64,000 bases of DNA from Oceanispirochaeta sp. (GTDB taxonomy: Bacteria > Spirochaetota > Spirochaetia > DSM-2461), in contig CAXXXD010000002.1 of NCBI GenBank assembly GCA_963663385.2, forward strand, positions 352,001-416,000, written 5' to 3'. The notes below the pieces were generated by a model. That model did not search any database and had not been told where the DNA came from. It was given only the letters and a program-made list of their open reading frames with translations. Below, piece by piece: positions 49,680 to 58,777 of this stretch (within the stretch, counting starts at the first letter, position 1; the number at the start of each line of letters is the position of its first letter). A program made the translations under genes and the position numbers.

Positions 49680-51326
49680 CTACACTGTACGGTAGAACCG
49701 CTTGGCAATATAGGCGATATGCCCATTAATCCGTGAAAAGTAGGATATCAGATCCAGGTGAACCGAAGAGGTGGCAATGGACTCCGCCTGCCCCCTGGAG
49801 AGGCGTTCAATATGCATCTTTTTGTACTTTTCCTCCTCTTTCTTCTTGTGGGAATCCAGAACGGCCTTGGCTTTATCCCCGTCGCAGTCTTTAATGGCAG
49901 CCATAAGGTTTTCAAAGTTCCGGTTTACTTTAAAGATCAGGTGTTCCAGTTCATGGAACCCCTCTTCGGAGAACACGAGATTCTGATCGATCTTCTTGGT
50001 GGCCAGGCTCATGATATTTTTGTCAATAATATCCCCGATGGACTCCAGCTCGTTCTGAATATACATATAGTTCATGCAGAGTTCCGACTCCTTCAGAGTC
50101 ATCTCCTCCTGGGAGAGACGGGCCAGGAAAGGGATGATAATCTTATGAAGCGTATCAACCTTCGAGTCCAGCTCGCTGACCCGTTCAAATACGGAAGGAT
50201 CCTTGCTTCTGAAGGCGGACTTCATTTCCAGAATCATTTCATGAACAAGATCAGCCACACGGAGGATCTCTTTTTTTGTCATCAGAAGAGAGAGCTCCAC
50301 GCCATTATTAATTATCTGCTTCTTGATATATTTGGCGCCGAAAGGTTTGGGAGCCTCCCGCTCGGGGAACATTCTGTTAAAGAGACGTAGAATCAGCTTC
50401 AGGTTGGGGAAAACGATCAGGTGGTTGATTACGGGCATAAAGGTAAAACCCATGGCTATTTGGCGGGCCAGGCTGTCCGTTCCCAGAACATGGAGGGTAA
50501 ACCACTTGATTCCCCAGATATAGAGCCGTTCTCCCTGATAGGGGATGCAGAGAAGGATAAATACCCATATGGCTCCTATCATCTGAAACATTATATGGAT
50601 ATAGGCGGACCGCTTGGCCTCCCAGTTCAGGGTGATACTGCCCAGAACCGCTGTAATACAGGTTCCCACAGCGGCTCCCAGGTTGATGGGAATAGCCTGT
50701 TCCAGGGAGATGGAACCAGCTATGGCCATGGCGATGGTAATACTGGTTGTGGCTCCCGAAGACTGAATAATCATGGTAAAAACAAGACCCAGCAGTATAC
50801 CCAGGATAGGAGTTTCAATATTCTTCATCAGTTGAATAAAGGGCTCATAGGTTCTGAGGGGTTTGAGGGAGGAGGACATCATATCCATCCCCAGAAACAA
50901 CAGGCCGAAGGTAAAAATCGTCATGGCTATATGCTGGGTCTTCTTTGTTTTTACCGAGATTTTCATCATGAAACCGATGAAAACAATAAATGTGGAAAAC
51001 TTTGTTATGGAGGGGAAAGCGATAAGCTGAGGCAGAAAAGTAGACCCCAGTTCCGCTCCGAGGGTAACCGCCAGACTCTGTTGAAACGTCATCAGTCCGG
51101 CTCCGACAAGAGCCGCTTCCAGAACCGTCGTAGCCGATGAGGACTGGTTGACAATCGTAATACCCAAACCTGTCAGGTAGCCCCGGGCCGGTCCTTTTGT
51201 AAGGGTCATCATTATGGCCTTCATTTTTCCGCCTGCAATGGAAGTCAGGTGTTTGTTCATTTCCATCATTCCGTATAGAAAGATCGCCAGTCCGCCCACC
51301 AGGGAAAACAAATTCCAAATGCTCAT
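49680..51326 (-). CDS. Na+/phosphate cotransporter family protein with PhoU-like C-terminus
   Basis: GGLAIFLYGM, QSSSATT and QSSGATT repeats, GAELGST; C-terminal ELESIGD. Probable start is ATG 51326. Confidence 0.93.
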   Translation of the reverse strand: MSIWNLFSLVGGLAIFLYGMMEMNKHLTSIAGGKMKAIMMTLTKGPARGYLTGLGITIVNQSSSATTVLEAALVGAGLMTFQQSLAVTLGAELGSTFLPQLIAFPSITKFSTFIVFIGFMMKISVKTKKTQHIAMTIFTFGLLFLGMDMMSSSLKPLRTYEPFIQLMKNIETPILGILLGLVFTMIIQSSGATTSITIAMAIAGSISLEQAIPINLGAAVGTCITAVLGSITLNWEAKRSAYIHIMFQMIGAIWVFILLCIPYQGERLYIWGIKWFTLHVLGTDSLARQIAMGFTFMPVINHLIVFPNLKLILRLFNRMFPEREAPKPFGAKYIKKQIINNGVELSLLMTKKEILRVADLVHEMILEMKSAFRSKDPSVFERVSELDSKVDTLHKIIIPFLARLSQEEMTLKESELCMNYMYIQNELESIGDIIDKNIMSLATKKIDQNLVFSEEGFHELEHLIFKVNRNFENLMAAIKDCDGDKAKAVLDSHKKKEEEKYKKMHIERLSRGQAESIATSSVHLDLISYFSRINGHIAYIAKRFYRTV

Positions 51327-51381
51327 ACAATACCTCTTTTTATAAATCAAGAGCAGGGATCAGGATTTCTCTTTCAGCCCG

Positions 51382-51483
51382 CCCCCCTTAATCCCCCTGA
51401 CCATTCCGCTACGCTTCATTGCTCGGGGATGCAACCGCCCTCTCCTTCGGATCCCCCGAGCACAGTCGAGGGGGGAGAAGGGC
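51382..51483. repeat. REP-like GC-rich hairpin cluster, copy 1
   Basis: Contains CCCTTAATCCC (51385-51395) and CCCGAGCACAGTCGAGGG (51455-51472); both motifs recur in inverted orientation within 54971-55149. Confidence 0.6.
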
Positions 51484-51491
51484 TCTTTTTT

Positions 51492-52370
51492 TTATTTTTT
51501 AAATCCGATCTCTTCCATTCTTTTGTAAACATCCTCGGAGGTTCCTTTAAAAGGACCGGGTGCTTCCATCTTCATGGAGCAGAGAGCCGCCGCATAATAA
51601 ACCGCTTCTCCGGGACCGGCTTCCAGTCTTTTGGCCAGATAGGCTGCAAAGGTTGTATCTCCCCGGCCTGTTCTTCCTGAAAGGTTGGAGGGATTGTAGG
51701 GCGCTCTGTAGAACTGTCCATCCACCAGAACGAGGACTTCATTGTTATGAGTTACCATAACTTCCTTCGCGCCCAGAGCGGCCAGTTTCTTTGCGGCTTC
51801 TTCCCGGTCAGAAAGGCCTGTCATGATTTCGGCTTCCGCTGCATCGGTTTTCAGATAGGTTACTTTGGGCATCAGCTCTTCTGCGGCATCCCAGTTCCGG
51901 AAAAGGAGGTTCCCCTCTTCGTTGCACCGCAAAAGGCCCTGTGCATCAACGGCGACCTCTCCTTTCCCTGCGAAGTAGGAGATAAAATCATCGGGAATTT
52001 CGTTTCTGAAAAGACCGGCCAGATGAAAGATTCTGCTTTCGCATTCCGGAAAATCCTTTACATCAAAGTAATCCGCCTGGGAGAGGAGGGTTACCTGGCG
52101 TCTCTCTTTATCTGCTGTAAAGTAGATGTTCTCTATGCTGGTCGTTTTTTCCGAATCCAGTCTGGTAACTTCAACATTCTGCTCTCGCATGATATCCAGA
52201 GCGCTGTCATCTTCCTCCGCTGCTTTTGTAATAACACGGACCGATTTTCCAGTGCGGGCTGCGGCAATGGATGAGTAGATTACAGGACCACCTGTGAACC
52301 TGTTTTCATCCTCTTTGTAAATCATGATATCCTTGGATATATGACCAACCATTGTAATATCGAATTTCAT
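51492..52370 (-). CDS. Ribokinase/PfkB-family kinase of the RxGRGD type (TM0415-like, putative PPi-dependent inositol(-phosphate) kinase)
   Basis: GHISKD, TTSIENIY, VDAQGLLR, YLKTD..EAE, GRTGRGDT in place of DTTGAGD, and KMEAPGP. Confidence 0.85.
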   Translation of the reverse strand: MKFDITMVGHISKDIMIYKEDENRFTGGPVIYSSIAAARTGKSVRVITKAAEEDDSALDIMREQNVEVTRLDSEKTTSIENIYFTADKERRQVTLLSQADYFDVKDFPECESRIFHLAGLFRNEIPDDFISYFAGKGEVAVDAQGLLRCNEEGNLLFRNWDAAEELMPKVTYLKTDAAEAEIMTGLSDREEAAKKLAALGAKEVMVTHNNEVLVLVDGQFYRAPYNPSNLSGRTGRGDTTFAAYLAKRLEAGPGEAVYYAAALCSMKMEAPGPFKGTSEDVYKRMEEIGFKK

Positions 52371-52392
52371 TTTTCTGATCTCCTAAATAAAA

Positions 52393-52470
52393 GCACACGT
52401 GTGAGAGAGAAATACTATTTCTGACTCACACGTGTGCGTAGATTGTAGATTGAATCTCCCTGTTTGTAAA
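52393..52470 (-). promoter_or_regulatory. Sigma70 promoter of the kinase gene with two LacI-type operators
   Basis: Minus strand TTTACA (52470-52465), 17 bp, TACAAT (52447-52442). CACACGTGTG palindromes at 52394-52403 and 52427-52436. Confidence 0.85.
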
Positions 52471-52491
52471 GAGAGAATTTTACACAAGTTC

Positions 52492-53235
52492 TCAGATTTC
52501 TTTTGTCTCAACTCCCCCAGTCGTCATTTCCTTCTGAATCCTGTGGAAAAAATCAATGCGGTTTGTTGTAATGGAGTAAACTCCCAGTTTTAGAAATCGT
52601 CTCATTTCCTGCTCATTGTCAATGGTCCAGACCATAAGGGGGAGGCTTCGCGTCCGGGCGTAGCTCACCATCTCTTCCCGGCAGTAAAGGTAGTTGACAT
52701 TCAGACCGCAGCAACCCAGTTCGGATGCATTGTACACATTTCGTTCAACCGCAGCCGTATACTGATCTCCCTCACAGTCGAGCTCTTCATCATCCACATT
52801 CAGCAGAACCCGGGCATGGGGCAGATGTTCCCTGATATAAAGGATTTCTTTTCTGCCGCAACCGGAAAAGAGGATCTCTTTTGCCATATCCAGTTTCCTG
52901 ATATCGGAGATTGCCGGATCGGCGGCTTCTGTCTCTTTCAGATCCAGATTCATAAACAGTTTATGTTTATGGCAGAATTCCATGGCCTGGGAGAGGGTCA
53001 GCAATCCCGGCTTAACTGCCAGAAGACGTTCCAGCGGTGCATCTTTGATAAGCAGGGAATTGTCTCCGATCCTAACATCCGGATTATGATGCAGAACCGC
53101 TATTCCATCCGAAGTCCGGCGGACATCCACTTCAACCACATCAGGTTTTTTTTCTGCCGCCAGATCCAGATAGGACTGGCTGTTGGGGACTCTGTCCTGG
53201 GCGCCGCTGTGCAAAGTTACGATTGTATGCATCAT
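52492..53235 (-). CDS. Glycerophosphodiester phosphodiesterase family protein
   Basis: HSGA...PNS, VEVDVRRTSDG.AVLHH, NLDLK, VWTIDNE and GVYSITTN. Confidence 0.88.
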   Translation of the reverse strand: MMHTIVTLHSGAQDRVPNSQSYLDLAAEKKPDVVEVDVRRTSDGIAVLHHNPDVRIGDNSLLIKDAPLERLLAVKPGLLTLSQAMEFCHKHKLFMNLDLKETEAADPAISDIRKLDMAKEILFSGCGRKEILYIREHLPHARVLLNVDDEELDCEGDQYTAAVERNVYNASELGCCGLNVNYLYCREEMVSYARTRSLPLMVWTIDNEQEMRRFLKLGVYSITTNRIDFFHRIQKEMTTGGVETKEI

Positions 53236-54062
53236 TTTAAACTCACTGAAAAGCCCTGGGTGTAGTACTTGTAGACATAGCTGGAAAAGAACAGTACGGG
53301 CAGTGTCGTCAGGAGGCCGATTCCCATCAGTTCACCCCAGAGGGTCTCATACTCCCCGATGTAATTGACAATGACCAGCGGTAGTGTCTGCAGGGATGGT
53401 GTTCTGATAAACAGAAGGGCAAACAGGAATTCATCCCAGGCCGCAATGACGCTGAAGATGGATGTGGCAATGATTCCTGTTCTTGCCAGAGGCAGAACAA
53501 TCCTCATCAGAATAAACAGACGGTTTGCCCCGTCGATCATGGCCGCTTCCTCGAATGTTTCGGGAAGGGCCTTCAGAAATCCGAAAATCATCCAGATACA
53601 GTAGGGGAGTGTATAAACCTGATACACAAGGATCAATCCCAGTCTGCTGTTTATCAGTCCCATCCTGATAAAAACGGAGTAGAGAGGAATGGCCAGAACA
53701 ACAGGAGGCAGGATCTTGACCACAAGAACCCAAACCAGAAACAGGGAATTGCCCATATACGGGAATCTGTGTCTCACGAGAGAGTAGGATGCCAGAGTGG
53801 AAAGGGTGAGTGACAGCAGGGTTGCTGTAACAGCAACCAGCAGGCTGTTAAACATATTCCTGAAAAATCCGGACTTTACAACACTTATATAGTTTTCCAG
53901 TGTAAAAACCTGGGGGATGATAGTCGGCCGGGGAGAAATCACCTCAACCGGGGTTTTCAGGGAAGTAACTGTTATCCAGTATATGGGGAAAAGGGTTACC
54001 AGGGTTATGATAATAAGGAGAACCCAGAAAAGAGGGTGTCTCTTTCTATTTGCAATACTCAT
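53232..54062 (-). CDS. Carbohydrate ABC transporter permease (MalG type)
   Basis: FEEAAMIDGA and AWDEFLFAL. Confidence 0.94.
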   Translation of the reverse strand: MSIANRKRHPLFWVLLIIITLVTLFPIYWITVTSLKTPVEVISPRPTIIPQVFTLENYISVVKSGFFRNMFNSLLVAVTATLLSLTLSTLASYSLVRHRFPYMGNSLFLVWVLVVKILPPVVLAIPLYSVFIRMGLINSRLGLILVYQVYTLPYCIWMIFGFLKALPETFEEAAMIDGANRLFILMRIVLPLARTGIIATSIFSVIAAWDEFLFALLFIRTPSLQTLPLVIVNYIGEYETLWGELMGIGLLTTLPVLFFSSYVYKYYTQGFSVSLK

Positions 54063-54066
54063 TCAA

Positions 54067-54939
54067 TTAGTCCTTCTTTAGGATTTTACGGATGTAGATA
54101 AAGGAAATACCAGCTACAACAAGCAGTACGTAAATTGAGGCGGTAGATGCTTTGCCAAGGTTGAAGTAGGAGAATCCTTCTCTGTATATGTAATAGGACA
54201 GGGTTTCTGTTGAGTTTCCCGGTCCTCCCTGAGTCAGGGCATATACCTTTCCGAAAAGTTTGAAAGTATCAATTGTCCGCAGCATGATAAGCAGCATAAT
54301 CTGGTCGGACAGGATGGGCATGGTAATGGAAAAAACGGTTTTAAGATAACTGGCCCCGTCTATCTGGGCTGCTTCGAAAATCTCTTCGGGTATGGAACCC
54401 ATGGCAGCCTGCATCATAATAAAGGCAAAGGGAGTCCACTGCCAGATATCGACGATAACAATGGAAAAAAGCGCCTTGCTCTGATCGATCAGCCACCCTA
54501 TGGGTTGCGCTCCCGTTTCCCGCAGAAGGAAGTTAATCAGACCTATATCGTAATGGTAGAGGGTTTTCCATACTGCGCAGATAACCATGGACGAGATCAT
54601 CATGGGGAAGATAACAATGATCATAAAGGTCTTTTTTCCCCGGAAGTGCCCGTAAAACAACAGGGCCAGCACTATACCGAGGACTACCTCGCCTGCCGTA
54701 GCCAGAACAGAGAATACAAGGGTATTTCTGAAGGCTTCCCTGAAAAGGTTCTCTCCCAGGAGGCTGAAGTAGTTGCCCAGGCCTATAAAGGTTTTTTCAT
54801 CGCTCAGGTAGTTGTACTTGAAGAATGAGAGGGACAATACATTCAATACCGGATAGATTGTCAGCCAGAGCATAACGAGAAAAGCCGGCAGAATTATCAG
54901 ATAAAAGAATCCGGACTTTTGATATTTATTTTGAGTCAT
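54067..54939 (-). CDS. Carbohydrate ABC transporter permease (MalF type)
   Basis: DIWQWTPF, FEAAQIDGA and LTQGGPGNSTETLS. Confidence 0.94.
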   Translation of the reverse strand: MTQNKYQKSGFFYLIILPAFLVMLWLTIYPVLNVLSLSFFKYNYLSDEKTFIGLGNYFSLLGENLFREAFRNTLVFSVLATAGEVVLGIVLALLFYGHFRGKKTFMIIVIFPMMISSMVICAVWKTLYHYDIGLINFLLRETGAQPIGWLIDQSKALFSIVIVDIWQWTPFAFIMMQAAMGSIPEEIFEAAQIDGASYLKTVFSITMPILSDQIMLLIMLRTIDTFKLFGKVYALTQGGPGNSTETLSYYIYREGFSYFNLGKASTASIYVLLVVAGISFIYIRKILKKD

Positions 54940-54970
54940 TTTTTATTACTCCAGATATAGGGGGGCTTTC

Positions 54971-55149
54971 CCCTCTCCCTCGACTCCGCTCGGGAGTCGA
55001 GGGGCATCAATACTTTATTCTATTGTCTTCTCCCCTTCGGGGGAGATGGTCTGAATCTCACCTCTCTCCCGCCCCTCTCAATCTCCCCGAAGGGGAGACG
55101 TCAATTCGGTTTCCCTCCCTTGGAGGGATTAAGGGAGGCAGGGAGAGGG
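54971..55149. repeat. REP/REPIN-like hairpin cluster, copy 2, bounded by a 10-bp inverted repeat
   Basis: CCCTCTCCCT (54971-54980) pairs with AGGGAGAGGG (55140-55149). Internal hairpins at 54977-55003, 55029-55046, 55082-55098 and 55112-55128. Confidence 0.7.
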
Positions 55150-55155
55150 ATTTTA

Positions 55156-56436
55156 TTATTTAAGGACCTCGGTTATGCCTTTTTCGGCGGAGGCGAGGGC
55201 TTCTTCTGCGGTCATTTCACCAATCAGGGCAAACTGAAGGGCTGTTCCCATCTGGTCTTCAATCTCTTTCCATTTGGTTGTTCTGGTACGGGCAACACCG
55301 TTGTTCAGAGCATCCAGCTGGGCGGGATACCAGGGGTACTTTTTCGTCAGGGCGGAGCTTTCGTACACCGATGCTATTGTGGGAGGATTACCAAACTGCA
55401 TGGCCATCTCGTCCTGTACGTCCTTGCTGGTGGCAAAGTTTATGAAATCAAAGGCGGCATCCTTGTTTTTTGACGCTTCAGGAATGGCGATCATCCAGAC
55501 ACCGATCATGGGAGAGGATTTTTCAACCTGTCCGGGGTGTTTGATAACCTTTACTTTTCCTACAACCGCAGATTCGTTGGGGTCTTCCAGTTTATCGATC
55601 CAGCCGGGCCATACTTCTGTTACAACAGCAGCTTTACCGGAGTAGATAGCATCTTTAACCTGGGCGGACTGATACATGGATACACCCTCTGGGGCATATT
55701 GGGCCAGTTCCAGGAAGTAGTTGAGGGCATTAAGCGCTTCGGGAGAGTTTACGGTAACATTCCCGTCGGCATCCAGAATCTTGGCGCCGAAAGACCAGAA
55801 AATGGGCAGGAACCCGGTTACAATAGGATTCCCTTTGCTTCCGCGGAATACAACGCCGTTTACATCGGCTTCGTTGTCATTGATGGTTTTAACAGCTGTC
55901 ATTACCTGGTCCCATGTCTCGGGGGCTTCCAGATTATATTTGGCAAAAAGATCTGTTCTGTAGGCAAAAAGTTCAACATTTCCTGCAAAAGGAAGAGCAA
56001 AGAGAGGGCTGTTGTCTGTGTAGGGGAATCTTCCCAGTTTAAGAGCGGAGCCGATAAAACCGGAATCGACGGAAGATCCGGTTTTTTTGTATAAATCGCT
56101 CAGATTGGCAAGCCAGCCGACTTTCTGAAACTGTGTGATGTTGGGGTCGTCAATCAGGATCACATCGTATGTTCCCAGACCGCTTTTCATATCGATTACG
56201 GATTTTTCAAAAAGGCTGCTGCCGGATAGTTTAAGGAGTTCGAAATCCACATTGGGATTCTGTGCCGCATAACTGTCTACTGCCAACTGCATGGAATCAC
56301 CGTAGGATCCATCGCGTCCTGCCACCGTAAGGGTAACCTTTTTTGCACCAGCTCCCGCTTCCGCTTCCTGCTGCCCGTTTGAAAAGGCAGAGAAAACAAG
56401 CAGAGCCATTAAACTAATAGTAAAAATCTTTTTCAT
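55156..56436 (-). CDS. Carbohydrate ABC transporter substrate-binding protein
   Basis: Signal peptide; YDVI..D.P, ALPF.GN..LFAYRTDLF, PETWD and AFDFINF. Confidence 0.93.
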   Translation of the reverse strand: MKKIFTISLMALLVFSAFSNGQQEAEAGAGAKKVTLTVAGRDGSYGDSMQLAVDSYAAQNPNVDFELLKLSGSSLFEKSVIDMKSGLGTYDVILIDDPNITQFQKVGWLANLSDLYKKTGSSVDSGFIGSALKLGRFPYTDNSPLFALPFAGNVELFAYRTDLFAKYNLEAPETWDQVMTAVKTINDNEADVNGVVFRGSKGNPIVTGFLPIFWSFGAKILDADGNVTVNSPEALNALNYFLELAQYAPEGVSMYQSAQVKDAIYSGKAAVVTEVWPGWIDKLEDPNESAVVGKVKVIKHPGQVEKSSPMIGVWMIAIPEASKNKDAAFDFINFATSKDVQDEMAMQFGNPPTIASVYESSALTKKYPWYPAQLDALNNGVARTRTTKWKEIEDQMGTALQFALIGEMTAEEALASAEKGITEVLK

Positions 56437-56573
56437 AAGTTCCTCCGGGAAAAATCTTAAGCCTATTCAAGGATTCCAGGCAATATATTTTTTTGCTTCA
56501 CTTATCTAGTATGGATGACTTAATATGTTAAAATTGCTTATTAAGCAGTAAAAAACATCAGAAAGGCGGAATA

Positions 56574-57533
56574 ATGGGCGGAAAGCACAGGTTAAAGAGG
56601 CATGATCTTGTAAAGTCCCTCTTCTTTTTGTTCTCTCAGGAGTACGATTCCCGAAAGGACGAATCCATTCTGGATATTCAGATCCCCATCAATCAGGTAA
56701 TCGAATACCTTCAGGAGCGTTTTTCCGTTTCCTATTCGGGGGATAACTGGATTTTTACCCAGATCCGCAATTATGAGGAAGAGATCGGATACCGTCTTTT
56801 TCAGAAGGAAAAGAACAGTGACGGCGGTTTTTCATTAAGGCTCTATACAAAGATGGAGGCTTTTGAACAGAAACGGCACCTCTATGTTTCCCAGAAGCTC
56901 AAGGTCTGTAATGCCCTTTATGATATGATCAGCAATACTGTCGAGTTCCCGGGTCAGAAAAAGACGGTGAAACTCTTTCTGGGCGCTGGAAGCACGCTTT
57001 TCCATCTGGCTCAGATCCTGGCGGAGAAGGATGCGTCTCTACCCTTCTCTCTGGAGATATACTCCCACAATATCAGTGTCATAAACTGTTTTCTTTCATC
57101 CCGGGTGGATCCCGAGCATATAAAGGTACGTATTCCCGGAGGAGATCTTGATCCTGTTACGAACTCCATCATCAGCCCGTCCATGAATCTTTACGGCGAC
57201 ATCGACTTCGATTACATTGTTCAGGGTGCTTCCTATCTGACAGATGGAGCTGTTTATGTGGAGAGCCTTGTTGAAACGGAGTTGAAAAAGAGTATCCTCC
57301 ATAAGAGCAGAGGGAAGAAGGTCCTGATCCTGACAGGCCATGAAGTCCGGCCCCAGCTCCCTATTGAAACGCCGCCCTTTGGTCGTTTGCAGGATTATGA
57401 TTACCTTGTTATTCCTCATAACCGGAACAGGGCCCTGAAAAACCTGGATCAGATGCTTCTGGATTTTGAAAGGATACTGAAACCGGAGATCCTGAACTGG
57501 AACTACCGGATTTATCAGATTGATGCGGAATAA
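56574..57533 (+). CDS. Atypical DeoR-like regulator (DeoR C-terminal sensor-like domain, unrecognised N-terminus)
   Basis: F..K....V.QK..., LFLGAGSTL, IYSHNI, IPGG and E.ELKK match the DeoR sensor domain; divergent from the ABC operon. Confidence 0.65.
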   Translation: MGGKHRLKRHDLVKSLFFLFSQEYDSRKDESILDIQIPINQVIEYLQERFSVSYSGDNWIFTQIRNYEEEIGYRLFQKEKNSDGGFSLRLYTKMEAFEQKRHLYVSQKLKVCNALYDMISNTVEFPGQKKTVKLFLGAGSTLFHLAQILAEKDASLPFSLEIYSHNISVINCFLSSRVDPEHIKVRIPGGDLDPVTNSIISPSMNLYGDIDFDYIVQGASYLTDGAVYVESLVETELKKSILHKSRGKKVLILTGHEVRPQLPIETPPFGRLQDYDYLVIPHNRNRALKNLDQMLLDFERILKPEILNWNYRIYQIDAE

Positions 57534-57652
57534 TCGTCAGGAAACACCAATCTCTTTCCATTGACAAAATTCCCTTAAACCTTATTCTTTAGATATACTC
57601 AAAATTTTATCCCCTCCGGGACAGAAAATATCTAAGGTAAAGGAACGCAGTT

Positions 57653-58663
57653 GTGGCGGTAACCATAAAAGATATAGCTAAAATTGCAGGCGTAACGCAT
57701 TCTACCGTTTCCCGCTGTTTAAACGACAAACCCGGTGTGTCAGATAGTGTACGGGCGGAAATCAAGAAAATAGCCGCCGATCTGGGATTTGAATTCAATG
57801 CCAATGCCAGAGGGCTTAATACCAGCCGGACCGGTACAATCGGAATTATTATGAACGAAGACCTGGGAGACGGCAATCTTCACTTTTTTTCCAACTCCTT
57901 TCTGAGTCAGATTCGAAACATTCTGGAAAAAGCAGATCTGGATATGCTGACTTCCTTTTCAAGAAACAGCATTAATCAAAAGGATAATATAAAAAAACTG
58001 GTAAACAGAAGAAAGGTTGACGGGCTGATTCTGCTCTGCTCCTCTATTACAAAAGACTCTGTGGATTTTCTGAGAGCCTCCAAAACCCCCTTCATTTTTT
58101 CCCACCAGATACCCTCCCGTCATTTTGGAGAGGTTAATGCTGTGTATTGTGATCATATGAAAGGGGGATATCAGGCGGTAAAGCATCTGATAGACCGGGG
58201 CCGGAGGAATATCATCTGTGTAAAACGGAAGGATAACCGGACAGAATTTCAGATGAGAACAGACGGGTATATTAAAGCGCTGAATGATCACGGACTGCCA
58301 TATCGTCCGGAATACATTCTTTCCGGCGGTTCCACCCTGGACTGCGGGCGGGAAATAATGGCCGGTATTGAGCCTTTCCTGGGGGAGATTGACGGGATTT
58401 TCGCCCATACAGATCTTCTGGCTCTGGCTCTTTTGAAAGAGTTCAGGCATAGGGGAATACGTATCCCCGAGGATATCTCCCTTATAGGTTACGATAATAT
58501 TGAGCTTTGCACCTATGTTGAACCGAACTTGAGCTCAATAAATCAACCGTCCCGGGATATTTCCGTACAAACCTGCGAAATCCTTATCCGCCAGTTAAAT
58601 GGGACTGTTGCGCCGGATATAAGGGTAATCCCTCCCGAACTGATTGTCCGCTCTTCTTCCTGA
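57653..58663 (+). CDS. LacI family transcriptional regulator
   Basis: VTIKDIAKIAGVTHSTVSRCLN, N.NARGL hinge, VDGLI, IPEDISLIGYDN and LIVRSS. Confidence 0.96.
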   Translation: MAVTIKDIAKIAGVTHSTVSRCLNDKPGVSDSVRAEIKKIAADLGFEFNANARGLNTSRTGTIGIIMNEDLGDGNLHFFSNSFLSQIRNILEKADLDMLTSFSRNSINQKDNIKKLVNRRKVDGLILLCSSITKDSVDFLRASKTPFIFSHQIPSRHFGEVNAVYCDHMKGGYQAVKHLIDRGRRNIICVKRKDNRTEFQMRTDGYIKALNDHGLPYRPEYILSGGSTLDCGREIMAGIEPFLGEIDGIFAHTDLLALALLKEFRHRGIRIPEDISLIGYDNIELCTYVEPNLSSINQPSRDISVQTCEILIRQLNGTVAPDIRVIPPELIVRSSS

Positions 58664-58679
58664 TAAATAAAACTTTTTC

Positions 58680-58762
58680 TTTACAAATAGGAAAACCGGC
58701 TCTATTATAGAATACGCACACGTGTGAGAGAATGAATTGCTATTAACTCACACGTGTGCGTA
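58680..58762 (+). promoter_or_regulatory. Sigma70 promoter of the afu-like operon with two LacI-type operators
   Basis: TTTACA (58680-58685), 17 bp, TATTAT (58703-58708). CACACGTGTG at 58717-58726 and 58749-58758. Confidence 0.85.
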
Positions 58763-58777
58763 TATTTAGGAGGATTT

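Noticed and set aside
51429..51680. 83-aa plus-strand ORF, and 55120-55473 similarly
   Set aside because: They begin inside the GC-rich repeat clusters and run antisense to real genes.
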